This document shows positions 13,094 to 23,309 of a stretch of DNA of 64,000 nt, in pieces. The stretch's first letter is position 1. Each line of letters starts with the position of its first letter. The notes under the pieces were generated by a model that worked only from the letters and a program-made list of their open reading frames with translations, ran no database searches and was not told the origin of the DNA. Both the position numbers and the translations under genes were made by a program. Where the stretch lies: NCBI GenBank assembly GCA_036003845.1, contig DASYRX010000159.1, positions 605 to 64,604 on the forward strand. Reading direction: 5' to 3'. The stretch comes from Gemmatimonadaceae bacterium. GTDB lineage: Bacteria > Gemmatimonadota > Gemmatimonadetes > Gemmatimonadales > Gemmatimonadaceae.

Positions 13094-14563
13094 CTAGAGA
13101 TAGCGTTCGATGACGACGCCGTGCCCCGTGTCCTTCACGGCAAATCCTTTCGCCTCCACTTCCTGCCGCAGCGCATCGGCAGCGGCGAAGTCGCGCGCGG
13201 CGCGCTTCTCACGACGCTCACCCAGGCGCGCCAGCGCCCATTCGATCTCTGCCTGCACGCTCGGCGCGAGCTCGTTAGGCTTCTCCGCTGTTATCGCGCC
13301 ATCGTGCCCCACCGCGATGCGCACGACTTCGGGGACGACGTCCAGGATGCCGTTCATCGCCGCGAAGACGCTGCGCGCCGTCTGCAACGCCGCCTCGTCG
13401 CTGCCGCGTCGATCCAGCTCCGCGTTTCCGCGCTGAATGAAAGCGAACAGCGCCGCGACAGCTTCAGGCGCGTTGAGGTCGTCGTTCAGCGCCGCACGGA
13501 ACGCACGGTCGCATTCCTGCGCGGCAGCGGCAAGCTCCGGAGTAGCGCCTAACGCGGAATCGAGACGATGCTTGAACTCGCCCACCCGGCGCACAGCCTC
13601 GAGCGACCCCTCGAGCGCGGGCGCTGACAGATTGATCTGCTTGCGGTAGTGCGTGCTGAATACGAAGTGGCGCAGAGCGGCCGCCGAAATCCCTTGATCG
13701 CGCAGATCCTGCACGTTGGCCACGTTGCCGACCCGCTTTGCCATCTTGGATCCGTCGATCATCAAGAACTCGCCGTGGCACCAGAAGCGCGAGAACGGCT
13801 TACCCGTCGCCGCTTCGCTCTGCGCGATCTCGTCTTCGTGATGCGGAAAGACGAGATCCACTCCGCCGCAGTGAATGTCGAGCGTCTCGCCGAGGTACTT
13901 CATCGCCATCGCGGAGCACTCGAGGTGCCAGCCGGGACGGCCGCGACCAAATGGTGCGTCCCACGCCGCGCCGGTCGCTTCGTCTTCCGTCTTAGCGGCT
14001 TTCCATAACGCGAAGTCCTGCGCGTTTTCCTTTGAGTAGTCGTCCTGCGCGACGCGCGCGCCTGCTTTGATCTCGCGCGTATCGAGCCGCGACAAGCGCC
14101 CGTACCCTGGAAAGCGCGAGATGGCGAAGTACACCGACTTGTCATCGGCGACATACGCGATTCCCTTGTCGAGCAGCGTCCGCACCAGCGCGATCATTTC
14201 GGGGATGTGCGTCGTCGCTTTCGGATACACCTCCGCGTCTTCGATGCGCAGGTATTTGCGATCGGCATGAAAGATCTCGCTCACCGGCTCGGTCACTTGC
14301 GTGATCGTCTTTTTCTGCTCGAACGCGCGCTTGATGATTTTGTCGTCGACGTCGGTCAGGTTCATTACCTGGATGACGTCCCAGCCGTTGAGACGCAGAA
14401 CGCGGCGCAGCAGATCTTCGAACAGAAACGTGCGGAAGTTGCCGATGTGCGCCGGATTGTAGACCGTCGGCCCGCAGGTATATAGACGTGCGGTTTTGCC
14501 GTCAGCCGGAGCGAATGATTCGATGCTGCGTGAGAACGTGTTGTAAAGCCTTAGTTCAGACAT
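13094..14563 (-). CDS. cysS: Cysteine--tRNA ligase
   Basis: ORF track: YTCGPTVYNPAHIGNFRTF (HIGH region), KMAKRVGN (KMSKS-like), WHLECSAM. Confidence 0.95.
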   Translation of the reverse strand: MSELRLYNTFSRSIESFAPADGKTARLYTCGPTVYNPAHIGNFRTFLFEDLLRRVLRLNGWDVIQVMNLTDVDDKIIKRAFEQKKTITQVTEPVSEIFHADRKYLRIEDAEVYPKATTHIPEMIALVRTLLDKGIAYVADDKSVYFAISRFPGYGRLSRLDTREIKAGARVAQDDYSKENAQDFALWKAAKTEDEATGAAWDAPFGRGRPGWHLECSAMAMKYLGETLDIHCGGVDLVFPHHEDEIAQSEAATGKPFSRFWCHGEFLMIDGSKMAKRVGNVANVQDLRDQGISAAALRHFVFSTHYRKQINLSAPALEGSLEAVRRVGEFKHRLDSALGATPELAAAAQECDRAFRAALNDDLNAPEAVAALFAFIQRGNAELDRRGSDEAALQTARSVFAAMNGILDVVPEVVRIAVGHDGAITAEKPNELAPSVQAEIEWALARLGERREKRAARDFAAADALRQEVEAKGFAVKDTGHGVVIERYL

Positions 14564-14987
14564 TCAGAACCACCGCGGAGAAACGCGGACGACGAGCGGA
14601 AAACGCGACGTTTCAGAGGTGGGAGAATCTAAGCAACCAGCGACGCTTTTAGGGTTCGAGGTAAAGCGGAATCTCTACCGCACGGTCGCTGACAGGATCG
14701 CCAATCGGTGCCACCTGGTCGGGTGGGGGATCGACGACTGGAAGTGGCAACGTTAGGCGAATGAGCGGTGGGCTGGCCTCACTGCGCGGGACTTGTGGAA
14801 CGGGCCGGAAGCGCGCCAGCGCGCGGAGAACTCGCGTAACCGACAACACTGGAACCTCGATGGGAACGTGGATCGCCATTGTACTTCGCGTCCACGGCGG
14901 CACCGCATCGTTTTCACGCCGCCCAAGAGAAACGCTTTCTCCGACCGCGCCACTTCTTGCGCGACTCCGCTCGCAGAGGGCGCCGGC

Positions 14988-15419
14988 CTACAGGTGAACG
15001 GACCGACGACGTGCTGATGATGTCGCTCTCGTAGTTGCGTGCTGGGAGATACAGGATCTGAATCGTCGCCGGTTCCAGCGATCGGCGATGACGGGGAGCA
15101 CGAGATCGGAATCGTGGTGCGTGCGACCGTCCGCGTCGAACTCATGACGCACCTTGGGGTGTTTGACGCCGAACCCGACGTCTTTTGGCTTGATAGCGAT
15201 AACGCGCGCAAAGGCCAGGGTGCCCTCCGAGATACACGTCGTGTAACGGCGCCGCCGCCCGACTGCCAGCAGGGAGGGCGCGCGCGCAGCCATCGCGGAT
15301 GCATAACGAGCGCCCGGCACTGATGCGAGCAACCGCATCAGCACGGCGCGCAGCGCAAATCCGCCAGCGCCGAGCGGACAGATTATCTCGCAGCGACCGG
15401 CAACTGGTTCGGATTGCAC
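14988..15419 (-). CDS. Hypothetical protein; 3' end doubtful (coding signal appears to change frame near 15050)
   Basis: Third-position GC is high for codons such as GAT CTC GTG CTC CCC GTC ATC GCC, then falls before the stop. Overlapping minus-strand ORFs 14753..15304 and 14649..14903 continue the signal in other frames. Confidence 0.3.
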   Translation of the reverse strand: MQSEPVAGRCEIICPLGAGGFALRAVLMRLLASVPGARYASAMAARAPSLLAVGRRRRYTTCISEGTLAFARVIAIKPKDVGFGVKHPKVRHEFDADGRTHHDSDLVLPVIADRWNRRRFRSCISQHATTRATSSARRRSVHL

Positions 15420-15442
15420 GGCCGAGGAATCGCGCGCGCTAG

Positions 15443-16678
15443 TTAAGTCTTGCTGCTCTCAGGAAGTCGAACAGAAAGGACGTCGATGGGGCCGTCCATC
15501 TTGGAAACGCCGCCGTCCGGCGCCGGCACGTGCAGCACGAGTGGTCTGTCGCGCACAATTCTGCGGAGCCCTGGCTGCTCGTACAGCCGGTTCACCAGGA
15601 TGCGGCGCACGAGCACCATCGTCGCGGCCAACAGCGGCACAGCGACGATGAGACCGGCGGGACCGAGAAAGCGCCCCGCGAGCAGGATGGCAACCATGGA
15701 CAGCACAGGCGGAATGTGCACGTGCCTCGCGACGATGAGCGGCACCACGAGATTCGCTTCGACAACGTGCACCACGACGCCTAACAAGATCACGAAGAAG
15801 GCGTGCCACCCAGGGCCGAGTCCGGCGAAGCCCGGCCCGCCCAACACGAACAGAGCGGGCAGAACTGTCGATACGAGCGTTCCGAAGAACGGCACGATCG
15901 CGACGGCGCCGGCGAATACGCCGAACGTGAGAGCGTACGGCACCTTCAGCAGCGTTAGGCCGAGCGCTGTGAGCGTGGCCAAGATGAACATCGCGAGGAG
16001 CTGTCCCGCCATCCAGTTGCGCAGCGTGCCTCGCAGGTCTTTGAAGACCTCGCGCACGACGTCGCGGTGCACCGGCGGAAAGAGCGCGATCATCCACTCG
16101 CGGTAGAGCTGCGGCGTGAGCGCGAGGTAGAGACCCATCACGAACACGGAGACGATGTTGACGATTGCGTGGCCGACCGAGACAACACGAGGAACGACCT
16201 GGCCCGCCATCCCTTCGAGTTGGTGATACAGCGTTTGCAGGATGCTGTTCTCGCCGGGACGGATCGTTTCGCGGAGGGATGGATAACTGGCCGCGAGTCG
16301 ATCGAGCCCGCGCTCCCAGGCCTCGATGTAGGACGGCAGGACGCGGATAAGCGCCTGTGTTTCCTCGACAAGCGGCGGAATGAGCGTGGCACCCAGCGCC
16401 GTGATCAGCGCGAGTGTGAAAAAGATCGCGATCGCGAAGGCGAACGGCCGCGAGACCGGTAGGCGCTTGACGATTTCGTCGGTCACCGCACCGAGATAGA
16501 CGGCGAAGAGCGACGCGATGAAAACGAGCAGGAAGATGTCCGCCGCTTTTCCGAAGAGCCACACAAGCAGCAGCGTGGCAATCGTGGCTGCCAAGAGCAC
16601 CGCAAAACGAAAACGCCCGGGTGACGGTTTCCCGTCGACCGCGGGCGTTGCGAGTGGCGTCGCGATTCGCGTCGTCAC
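15443..16678 (-). CDS. AI-2E family transporter (PerM/UPF0118-like permease)
   Basis: ORF track. Polytopic protein ending with NLVVPLIVARHVHIPPVLSMVAILLAGRFLGPAGLIVAVPLLA, typical of the family. 4-nt overlap with pspA. Confidence 0.8.
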   Translation of the reverse strand: MTTRIATPLATPAVDGKPSPGRFRFAVLLAATIATLLLVWLFGKAADIFLLVFIASLFAVYLGAVTDEIVKRLPVSRPFAFAIAIFFTLALITALGATLIPPLVEETQALIRVLPSYIEAWERGLDRLAASYPSLRETIRPGENSILQTLYHQLEGMAGQVVPRVVSVGHAIVNIVSVFVMGLYLALTPQLYREWMIALFPPVHRDVVREVFKDLRGTLRNWMAGQLLAMFILATLTALGLTLLKVPYALTFGVFAGAVAIVPFFGTLVSTVLPALFVLGGPGFAGLGPGWHAFFVILLGVVVHVVEANLVVPLIVARHVHIPPVLSMVAILLAGRFLGPAGLIVAVPLLAATMVLVRRILVNRLYEQPGLRRIVRDRPLVLHVPAPDGGVSKMDGPIDVLSVRLPESSKT

Positions 16679-17466
16679 CCGCGCGTCTTCTCGTCGTGGG
16701 CGTCTTCGATATCCGCCTCGACGGTCTCAGCATCCCTCTTGCCGCCTGGCCCGATCTGCTTGCTCCCCGCGGGGGCACCGCTCGGCAGCAGTCCCATCTT
16801 CTGCTTCAGAGCCATGAGCTGCATGTCTGCGCTCGCGGCGCCGGAGACTTTCTCCAGCTGCTTGAAATCACGCTGCAAGCGATCGCCCGAAAACTCTTCG
16901 TCGATCTCGGCGGACGCTTTGATCTGGCGCTCGTTCTGTTCGATGCGCTCTTCCATGCGCGCGAACGCCTCGAACGCTGACTTCTCCGAAATAGACGACA
17001 TCGTCTCGGCGATGCGCTTTTGTGCTTGCGCACGGCGCTGCCTAGCGAGGAGCAGGTTCTTCTTGCGCTTGGCTTCCTCGATCTTGTCATTCAAGTCGCG
17101 CAGCTGCGCGCGGAGCTTTTCAGTTTCGAGCTGGTGCGATTGCCAGGTGACTTCGAGCGCCTGCGCGTGCGCCAGGTACTCACTCTGCCTAACAAGCGCT
17201 TGCTTGGCCATGTCGTCACGGCCTTCGCGCACGGCGAGCATGGCGCGCTGCTCCCACTCCACCGCTGACTTGGCTTCGGCGTCGGCCTGGTCGCGTAGCC
17301 GCTTCTCGTCCGCGATGGCGGCCGCGACCTGCTGCTTCGCCTTGACCAGCTGATCGCGCATGTCGATCAGAATCTGGTTCAGCATCTTCTCCGGGTTTTC
17401 AGCGGAGGAGATGAGGTCGTTGATATTCGATTTGATCAGCGTTGCAAAACGATCGAAGAGACCCAT
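16675..17466 (-). CDS. pspA: PspA/IM30 family protein
   Basis: ORF track: MGLFDRFATLIKSNINDLISSAENPEKMLNQILIDMRDQL plus long coiled-coil. Confidence 0.9.
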   Translation of the reverse strand: MGLFDRFATLIKSNINDLISSAENPEKMLNQILIDMRDQLVKAKQQVAAAIADEKRLRDQADAEAKSAVEWEQRAMLAVREGRDDMAKQALVRQSEYLAHAQALEVTWQSHQLETEKLRAQLRDLNDKIEEAKRKKNLLLARQRRAQAQKRIAETMSSISEKSAFEAFARMEERIEQNERQIKASAEIDEEFSGDRLQRDFKQLEKVSGAASADMQLMALKQKMGLLPSGAPAGSKQIGPGGKRDAETVEADIEDAHDEKTRG

Positions 17467-17468
17467 GC

Positions 17469-17873
17469 TTAGGCTTCCTCTCGGAACGTTGCCAGCTCGC
17501 GCAGATGCGTTGCCAGCGCCACCGTTAGGCTTTCGTATGATGCCTGGAACTCCTCATAGTCGAGATGCTCCAGCTCCAGCGCCTCCGTCAGCACGATGGC
17601 TCCATCGCTAATGCCGTACGAGCCGTGGACGAGGTCCGTCGCGTTGAGCTCGAGCAGCCGCTGATTGAGGTCCGCGCGCCGGCCGTTGCCCTTGGGGACG
17701 TCCATGACTTTGACGCGCAACACCAAAACCGGCGGGTTGTAGTGCACGACGACGTTGAGTCCGAACTCACCGCCGGGCTGGACAACCCACAAGCCTTTTT
17801 CAAGCTCCTTCCATTCGGCGCCTTCGGCGCCGAGGCGATCCAAGAATCGTTCGACTTCTTCGCGCGAGACCAT
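17469..17873 (-). CDS. YbjN-like (secretion-chaperone-fold) protein, PspA-associated
   Basis: ORF track, 134 aa, acidic, alpha/beta pattern. Family call is from memory of YbjN-like proteins and from operon position 2 nt upstream of pspA. Confidence 0.45.
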   Translation of the reverse strand: MVSREEVERFLDRLGAEGAEWKELEKGLWVVQPGGEFGLNVVVHYNPPVLVLRVKVMDVPKGNGRRADLNQRLLELNATDLVHGSYGISDGAIVLTEALELEHLDYEEFQASYESLTVALATHLRELATFREEA

Positions 17874-17950
17874 GTCGCTACCTGGTAATCTCGAGGGTGG
17901 GGACCATACGCGGCGTTGGGAAATATGGTGTCAAATCGACAGCTTATACA

Positions 17951-17994
17951 CTAAAGCTGTCAGCTGTCAGCGGACAGCCGACGGCTGACAGCAG
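17951..17994. repeat. Intergenic CTAAAGCTGTCAGC-family hairpin element (copy 1)
   Basis: ctaaagctgtcagctgtcagcggacagccgacggctgacagcagc. The GCTGTCAGC/GCTGACAGC arms form a 9-bp stem immediately after the uvrA stop. Confidence 0.6.
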
Positions 17995-20883
17995 CTAAGC
18001 CGGTTGGAGAATCTGGGATCGGAGAAAGGCCCCGGTGTGCGATGCGTCGTTGGCCGCGACGTCCTCTGGAGCGCCGGCCGCCACAACTCGCCCGCCCTCG
18101 TCACCGCCTTCCGGGCCGAGGTCGATGATCCAGTCGGCCGTTTTGATCACATCCATATTATGCTCGATCACCACGACCGTATTTCCGCGGTCGACGAGCC
18201 TGTGCAGAACGTCGAGCAGTAAGCGCACGTCTTCGAAGTGCAGACCAGTCGTCGGCTCGTCGAGGATGTAGAGCGTGCGGCCTGTGTCTCTCTTTGAAAG
18301 CTCCGTCGCGAGCTTCACGCGCTGAGCTTCGCCGCCTGAGAGTGTCGTCGCGCTCTGGCCGAGATGGATGTAGCCGAGTCCGACATCATTCAGCGTCTGT
18401 AACTTTTGCCTGATTCGCGGCTGATTCGCGAACAGGCCTAACGCGTCCTCGACCGTCATGTCGAGCACTTCCGCGATATTCAGCCCTCTGAAGCGTACCT
18501 CGAGAGTCTCGCGGTTATATCGCTTCCCTTTGCAGACCTCGCAGGAGACGTACACGTCAGGCAGGAAGTGCATCTCGATCTTCACGAGCCCGTCGCCTTC
18601 ACACGCCTCGCAGCGTCCGCCTTTCACGTTGAAGGAGAATCGTCCGGGCCCGTAGCCGCGGATCTTCGATTCGGGGATCTCGGCGAACAGCTCGCGGATG
18701 GGTGTGAAGAGACCGGTGTACGTCGCGGGATTCGAGCGCGGCGTGCGACCGATCGGACTCTGATCGATGTCGATAACTTTGTCGATGTGCTCCAAGCCCG
18801 TTATGCGCGTATGCGCGCCGGGGATTACCCGCGATCTGTAGAAGTGCCTGGCAAGCGTGCGGTGCAGAATGTCTTCCACGAGCGTTGACTTGCCGGAACC
18901 GGACACGCCGGTCACGGCGATGAACAAGCCTAACGGGAACTCGACGGTGAGGTTGCGCAGGTTGTGTGCGCGCGCGCCTTCGACGCGCAGCAAACGATGA
19001 GCGGCTCGCGGGCGGCGCCCCTTCGGGATGGGGATGTTACGACGGCCCGCGAGGTAGTCGCCGGTTAGCGAGCCTTTGGATCGGATGATGTCCTGGACTG
19101 TGCCCGCGGCAACGACTTTGCCTCCGTGCGTGCCGGCACCCGGTCCCAGATCGACCACGTGATCGGCTGCGCGGATTGTTTCGTCGTCGTGCTCCACGAC
19201 GAGGACCGTGTTGCCGAGATCGCGCAGCTGTTGCAGCGTGCGCAGCAGCCGCTGATTGTCTCGCTGATGCAGCCCGATCGAGGGCTCGTCGAGGATATAG
19301 AGCACACCGACGAGACGCGATCCGATTTGCGTCGCGAGACGGATACGCTGCGCCTCACCGCCGGAAAGTGTCTCGGCGGAACGGCCTAACGTGAGATACT
19401 CGAGCCCGACGGCCACGAGAAAGTCGAGTCGCTCGACAACTTCCTTGAGGATCGGTCGCGCGACCTCGGGATCGAGTCCGGCGCTGTTGCTCTTCGCCGA
19501 TTTTGCGCCCGTACCGTTGCGGCCTGTGCGGATCGGAAGCGAAGCAAAGAATCGCGCCGCATCGGCGACCGACAGCTCGGCGACCTCACCGATGTTGCGT
19601 CCTCCCAGCGTCACTGAAAGGGATTCCGGTTTGAGGCGTCTCCCCTCGCAAGCGGCGCAGGGCTTTTCGACCATATACTGCGCCAATTCCATGCGCACGT
19701 TGTCGGCGTCGGTCTCCTCGTACCGGCGCTGCACGCTCGTGATGATTCCGTCCCACGTCACGCTCTCACGCTTGGCGCCCTTGATCTCGTGCCTAACGCC
19801 GTAGAGCAGCTGCTCCTGCGCCTTCTTGGGCAGCTTTCCCCAGGGTGTGTTGAGCTCGAAGCCTAACGCTTTGGCGAGGCCCGGCAGGATCACTCGGCGC
19901 AGGTACCCGTCGGGCTCACCCCAAGGCAGGACGACGCCCTCGAGAATCGAGACGCTGGGATCCCCGAGGATGAGCTCGGGACTGACTTCGCGGCGAACAC
20001 CCAGTCCGCCGCAGACCTGGCACGCGCCAAAGGGCGAATTGAACGAGAAGTGGCGCGGCTCCAGCTCGGGGAGACTGATGCCGCACGTCGGGCAGCCATA
20101 GCGCTCGGAGAAGAGCTGCGACTGGCCGGCGTCGTGCCTAACGACTTCCACGAGACCGTCGGCCAGCTTGAGCGCGGTTTCGATCGAATCCGCCAAGCGC
20201 GTGCGATCGTCGTCGCGCACGACGAGGCGATCGACTACGATGGACACGTCGTGGTTCTGGCGGCGATTGAGCGTGGGCGGTGAGGAAAGATCGACCTGCG
20301 CGCCGTCGACCATCGCTCGGATGAAGCCCTGCTTCCTCGCCGACTCGAACAGGTCGCGGAACTCACCTTTGCGTCCGCGCACGAGCGGCGCGAGGATCTC
20401 GATTCGCGTACCGCTCGGCCAGGTGAGTACGGCGTCGGTTATTTGACCCGCGCTCTGGCGTTCAACCGCTCGGCCGCATTGCGGACAGTGCGGCGTTCCG
20501 CAGCGCGCGTAGAGGAGTCGCAGGTAATCGTAAATCTCTGTAACAGTTCCGACCGTTGAACGCGGGTTGTGTCCGGCCGACTTCTGTTCGATCGAAATGG
20601 CTGGCGAGAGGCCCTCGATCGAATCGACGTCGGGCTTCTCCATGAGGCCGAGGAACTGCCGCGCGTAAGCGGAGAGCGATTCGACGTAGCGGCGCTGGCC
20701 CTCGGCGTAAATCGTGTCGAACGCGAGGGATGACTTACCCGAACCCGACAGTCCCGTGATGACCGTGAGCCGGTCGCGCGGGATGGTGACGTCGATGTTT
20801 TTGAGGTTGTGTTCGCGCGCGCCGCGCACGATAAGCGCGTCTTGAGCCATAGCCTGGTATAGTCGCGCGCTGTTCTTCCGCAT
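17995..20883 (-). CDS. uvrA: Excinuclease ABC subunit A
   Basis: ORF track. Two ABC modules ([23 protein letters not shown]), zinc-finger cysteines, LSGGEAQR x2. Confidence 0.97.
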   Translation of the reverse strand: MRKNSARLYQAMAQDALIVRGAREHNLKNIDVTIPRDRLTVITGLSGSGKSSLAFDTIYAEGQRRYVESLSAYARQFLGLMEKPDVDSIEGLSPAISIEQKSAGHNPRSTVGTVTEIYDYLRLLYARCGTPHCPQCGRAVERQSAGQITDAVLTWPSGTRIEILAPLVRGRKGEFRDLFESARKQGFIRAMVDGAQVDLSSPPTLNRRQNHDVSIVVDRLVVRDDDRTRLADSIETALKLADGLVEVVRHDAGQSQLFSERYGCPTCGISLPELEPRHFSFNSPFGACQVCGGLGVRREVSPELILGDPSVSILEGVVLPWGEPDGYLRRVILPGLAKALGFELNTPWGKLPKKAQEQLLYGVRHEIKGAKRESVTWDGIITSVQRRYEETDADNVRMELAQYMVEKPCAACEGRRLKPESLSVTLGGRNIGEVAELSVADAARFFASLPIRTGRNGTGAKSAKSNSAGLDPEVARPILKEVVERLDFLVAVGLEYLTLGRSAETLSGGEAQRIRLATQIGSRLVGVLYILDEPSIGLHQRDNQRLLRTLQQLRDLGNTVLVVEHDDETIRAADHVVDLGPGAGTHGGKVVAAGTVQDIIRSKGSLTGDYLAGRRNIPIPKGRRPRAAHRLLRVEGARAHNLRNLTVEFPLGLFIAVTGVSGSGKSTLVEDILHRTLARHFYRSRVIPGAHTRITGLEHIDKVIDIDQSPIGRTPRSNPATYTGLFTPIRELFAEIPESKIRGYGPGRFSFNVKGGRCEACEGDGLVKIEMHFLPDVYVSCEVCKGKRYNRETLEVRFRGLNIAEVLDMTVEDALGLFANQPRIRQKLQTLNDVGLGYIHLGQSATTLSGGEAQRVKLATELSKRDTGRTLYILDEPTTGLHFEDVRLLLDVLHRLVDRGNTVVVIEHNMDVIKTADWIIDLGPEGGDEGGRVVAAGAPEDVAANDASHTGAFLRSQILQPA

Positions 20884-21341
20884 TCAAGCGGCCGGTTTGA
20901 AAGCCCGCGCAGTCGAGGGTGGTCGGCGGGGCATCCCGCTTCGGCGCCTAGCACGCTTCTCGATCTCGGCTGCGCGCGTTCGTCGCCGAATGCAGCCTAC
21001 TTGGCCGGTTGGCGCGCGCCGGCTCTCGCCGCGTGACGGCGCCCACGAGGACGCCCCGCCTCCCAGCGCTCGCGCGGGCCACGGCATTCGCCTAACGCGG
21101 ACGTGGTTGTTGGGCGGCGCGGGCATGCCCGAAGGCGGCGTCACGCCATGTACGACCCAAGATCCCAGTGACGCTTAGCGTGCTAGCCGCCGTAGCGGCA
21201 TGCCCCGCCGACCAAAAGGTACGGCTCGGAAGCCGAACCGCGAGTACAATTGTGACCGGATGGCAGCCTTACCTGTCCGCTTACGGGCGCCTCGTGGCCT
21301 CCGGGTCAGCGGACGGGGAATCCCACACACTCCGAGCCACG

Positions 21342-21677
21342 ATGCCACACACCGACGCCGTCGTTCTCCTCACCACTGTCGCTAACAGCGACGAGGGCGT
21401 TCGACTCATTCGATCCCTACTCGATAGACGACTAATCGCTTGCGGCACGATGCTTCAGGGCGCGCGCTCGTTCTATCGCTGGGAGGGAAAGATCGCCGAC
21501 GAGCAGGAAGTCGTCGTGCTCCTCAAGACGCGCTCGGCGATCTACCACGCGATCGAACAGGCGTTCACTGAATTCCATCCGTACAAGGTCCCGGAGCTGC
21601 TCGCGCTGGAAGTGCGGGCGGGGCTCGAAAAGTACGTGAGTTGGATCAACGCGGAAACGTCGCTCGCTCTCATCTGA
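21342..21677 (+). CDS. cutA: Divalent-cation tolerance protein CutA (start trimmed to MPHTDAVVLL)
   Basis: ORF 21168..21677. C-terminal 111 aa match the CutA1 pattern (LIACGTMLQGARSFYRWEGKIADEQEVVVLLKT...HPYKVPELL). The upstream 58 codons are not protein-like. Confidence 0.85.
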   Translation: MPHTDAVVLLTTVANSDEGVRLIRSLLDRRLIACGTMLQGARSFYRWEGKIADEQEVVVLLKTRSAIYHAIEQAFTEFHPYKVPELLALEVRAGLEKYVSWINAETSLALI

Positions 21678-21684
21678 TGCACGC

Positions 21685-22542
21685 ATGAGTCGGCGCGGCG
21701 TTTTCGGCATCGTCATCGTGCTAGCGTGGGCCGCAGGACTCGCGGCCTTCGCGCGGCGTGAGCTTTCGCGCAGTGACTCCGAGCGCCTGGCTGAGTCGGC
21801 GCTTCGCGTAGCACCGGGCGCGACGTATTTCGCCGTGCTGCGCGAGGGTAAGCACGTCGGTTATGCGTCGACGACAATCGATACGCTCCCAGCGCGCATC
21901 CAAGTGACCGACTATCTCGTGTCGGACGTTCCGTCGGGCGATTCGTTGCGACGCGAGACGCTTCGCACGCGCGTTAGGCTGACCCGCCGCCTCGTGCTGC
22001 GCGATTGGCTCGTCCAGGAAACCACTGACAGCGTTCCGCGGCTCGTGCGCGGACGCATACTGAGTGACAGCGTGTTGGAGTTCGTGGCGCGTTCGGCGAT
22101 AGGGCCACGCGGCCGCACGATGGATTCCTCGCGTCGTGTGATTCGCGAGGCTGTCACGGCAGCTCCGCTCATCGCGCCAGTCACAATGCTCGGTGGACAA
22201 GGGCGCATTGGTCGCGTCGTCAACTTCGTCGCGCTGAACCCCAGCTCAGGCGCGACGCAATCGATGCAGGTGCGACTGGCGGCCGAGTCGCTGTTCGTGG
22301 TCCCCGACAGCGCGGCGTACGATGCGCCGGCAGCGAAATGGCGGAGCGTGCATAACGACTCCGTGCGCGCGTGGCGTCTCGAGGGTTTCGCTGGCACGAT
22401 GTGGGTCGACGCGCTCGGCCGTCTGGTGCGACATGAACGACCGGACGGGACGACGCTTCAGCGTACGGCCTACGAGCTCGCATTCGAGAACTGGCGCGGG
22501 ACCAGTCCGCTCAGCAAGAAGGCAACCTCGGGCAAATCCTAA
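21685..22542 (+). CDS. Hypothetical membrane-anchored protein (first gene of the ABC exporter cluster)
   Basis: ORF track. N-terminal TM segment GVFGIVIVLAWAAGLAAF. The ABC ATPase follows 2 nt later. Confidence 0.55.
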   Translation: MSRRGVFGIVIVLAWAAGLAAFARRELSRSDSERLAESALRVAPGATYFAVLREGKHVGYASTTIDTLPARIQVTDYLVSDVPSGDSLRRETLRTRVRLTRRLVLRDWLVQETTDSVPRLVRGRILSDSVLEFVARSAIGPRGRTMDSSRRVIREAVTAAPLIAPVTMLGGQGRIGRVVNFVALNPSSGATQSMQVRLAAESLFVVPDSAAYDAPAAKWRSVHNDSVRAWRLEGFAGTMWVDALGRLVRHERPDGTTLQRTAYELAFENWRGTSPLSKKATSGKS

Positions 22543-22544
22543 CG

Positions 22545-23309
22545 ATGATCGAACTTCGCGGGCTGACCAAACGCTACGGTGATCTGGCCGCCGTCAACGG
22601 CATCGATCTGAAGGTCCCTCCAGGAGAGCTATTCGGCTTCCTCGGACCTAACGGTGCCGGCAAGACGACGACGTTGCGCATGATCGCAGGAATATTGCGC
22701 CCCACGGCCGGTTCGGTGCGCATTGGCGGCATCGACCTCGCCGCGGATCCGATCGCCGCGAAGCGAAAGCTCGGATACATCCCGGACCGTCCCTTCATCT
22801 ATGAAAAGTTGACGGGGATGGAGTTTCTGCGCTTCGTCGCTGGACTCTTCGCGCAGACCGGCGATCCGGTTGAGCGTCGCGGGTGCGAGCTGCTGGCGCT
22901 CTTCGATCTCGAGGAGTGGCGCGACGAGCTCGTCGAGTCATATAGCCACGGGATGCGCCAGAAGCTGATCATCGCGAGCGCGTTCATTCATCGCCCGGAA
23001 GTGATCGTCGTCGACGAGCCGATGGTTGGGCTGGATCCCAAGGCAGCGCGCACACTCAAAGACTTGTTCCGCGAGTACGTTAGGCGCGGCCACACGATCA
23101 TGATGTCCACGCATACGCTCGAAGTCGCGCAGCGTCTCTGCGATCGGGTTGCGATCATCCAGCGCGGCGAGATCCGCGCTCAGGGCACGCTCGCCGAATT
23201 GCGCGCGGTTGCCGGAAGCAACGGACACGAGTCCGGGCTGGAAGAAGTTTTCCTCCGCCTAACGGGTGAGCGCGCAACGCGCGAGCTGGTGGACGTCCTG
23301 GATACATGA
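22545..23309 (+). CDS. ABC transporter ATP-binding protein
   Basis: ORF track: Walker A GPNGAGKTT, signature YSHGMRQKL, Walker B VIVVDEP. Confidence 0.92.
   Translation: MIELRGLTKRYGDLAAVNGIDLKVPPGELFGFLGPNGAGKTTTLRMIAGILRPTAGSVRIGGIDLAADPIAAKRKLGYIPDRPFIYEKLTGMEFLRFVAGLFAQTGDPVERRGCELLALFDLEEWRDELVESYSHGMRQKLIIASAFIHRPEVIVVDEPMVGLDPKAARTLKDLFREYVRRGHTIMMSTHTLEVAQRLCDRVAIIQRGEIRAQGTLAELRAVAGSNGHESGLEEVFLRLTGERATRELVDVLDT

Noticed and set aside
14649-15419. A ComF-like phosphoribosyltransferase reading of the fragmented ORFs (LVLPVIADRW resembling the PVPLH motif, VPVLSVTRV resembling DDVxTTGAT).
   Set aside because: Motif spacing does not fit (Q...R...GAF is absent) and the matches are very weak. 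They are not supportable without a database search.
20884-21341. A 458-bp GC-rich gap between divergent uvrA and cutA, with ORFs 20884..21144(-) and 20897..21178(+). Considered as a small gene, an ncRNA or an SOS box.
   Set aside because: Both ORFs are Arg/Ala/Pro-rich and mutually antisense. I found no recognisable RNA structure or LexA-type palindrome. Left unannotated.
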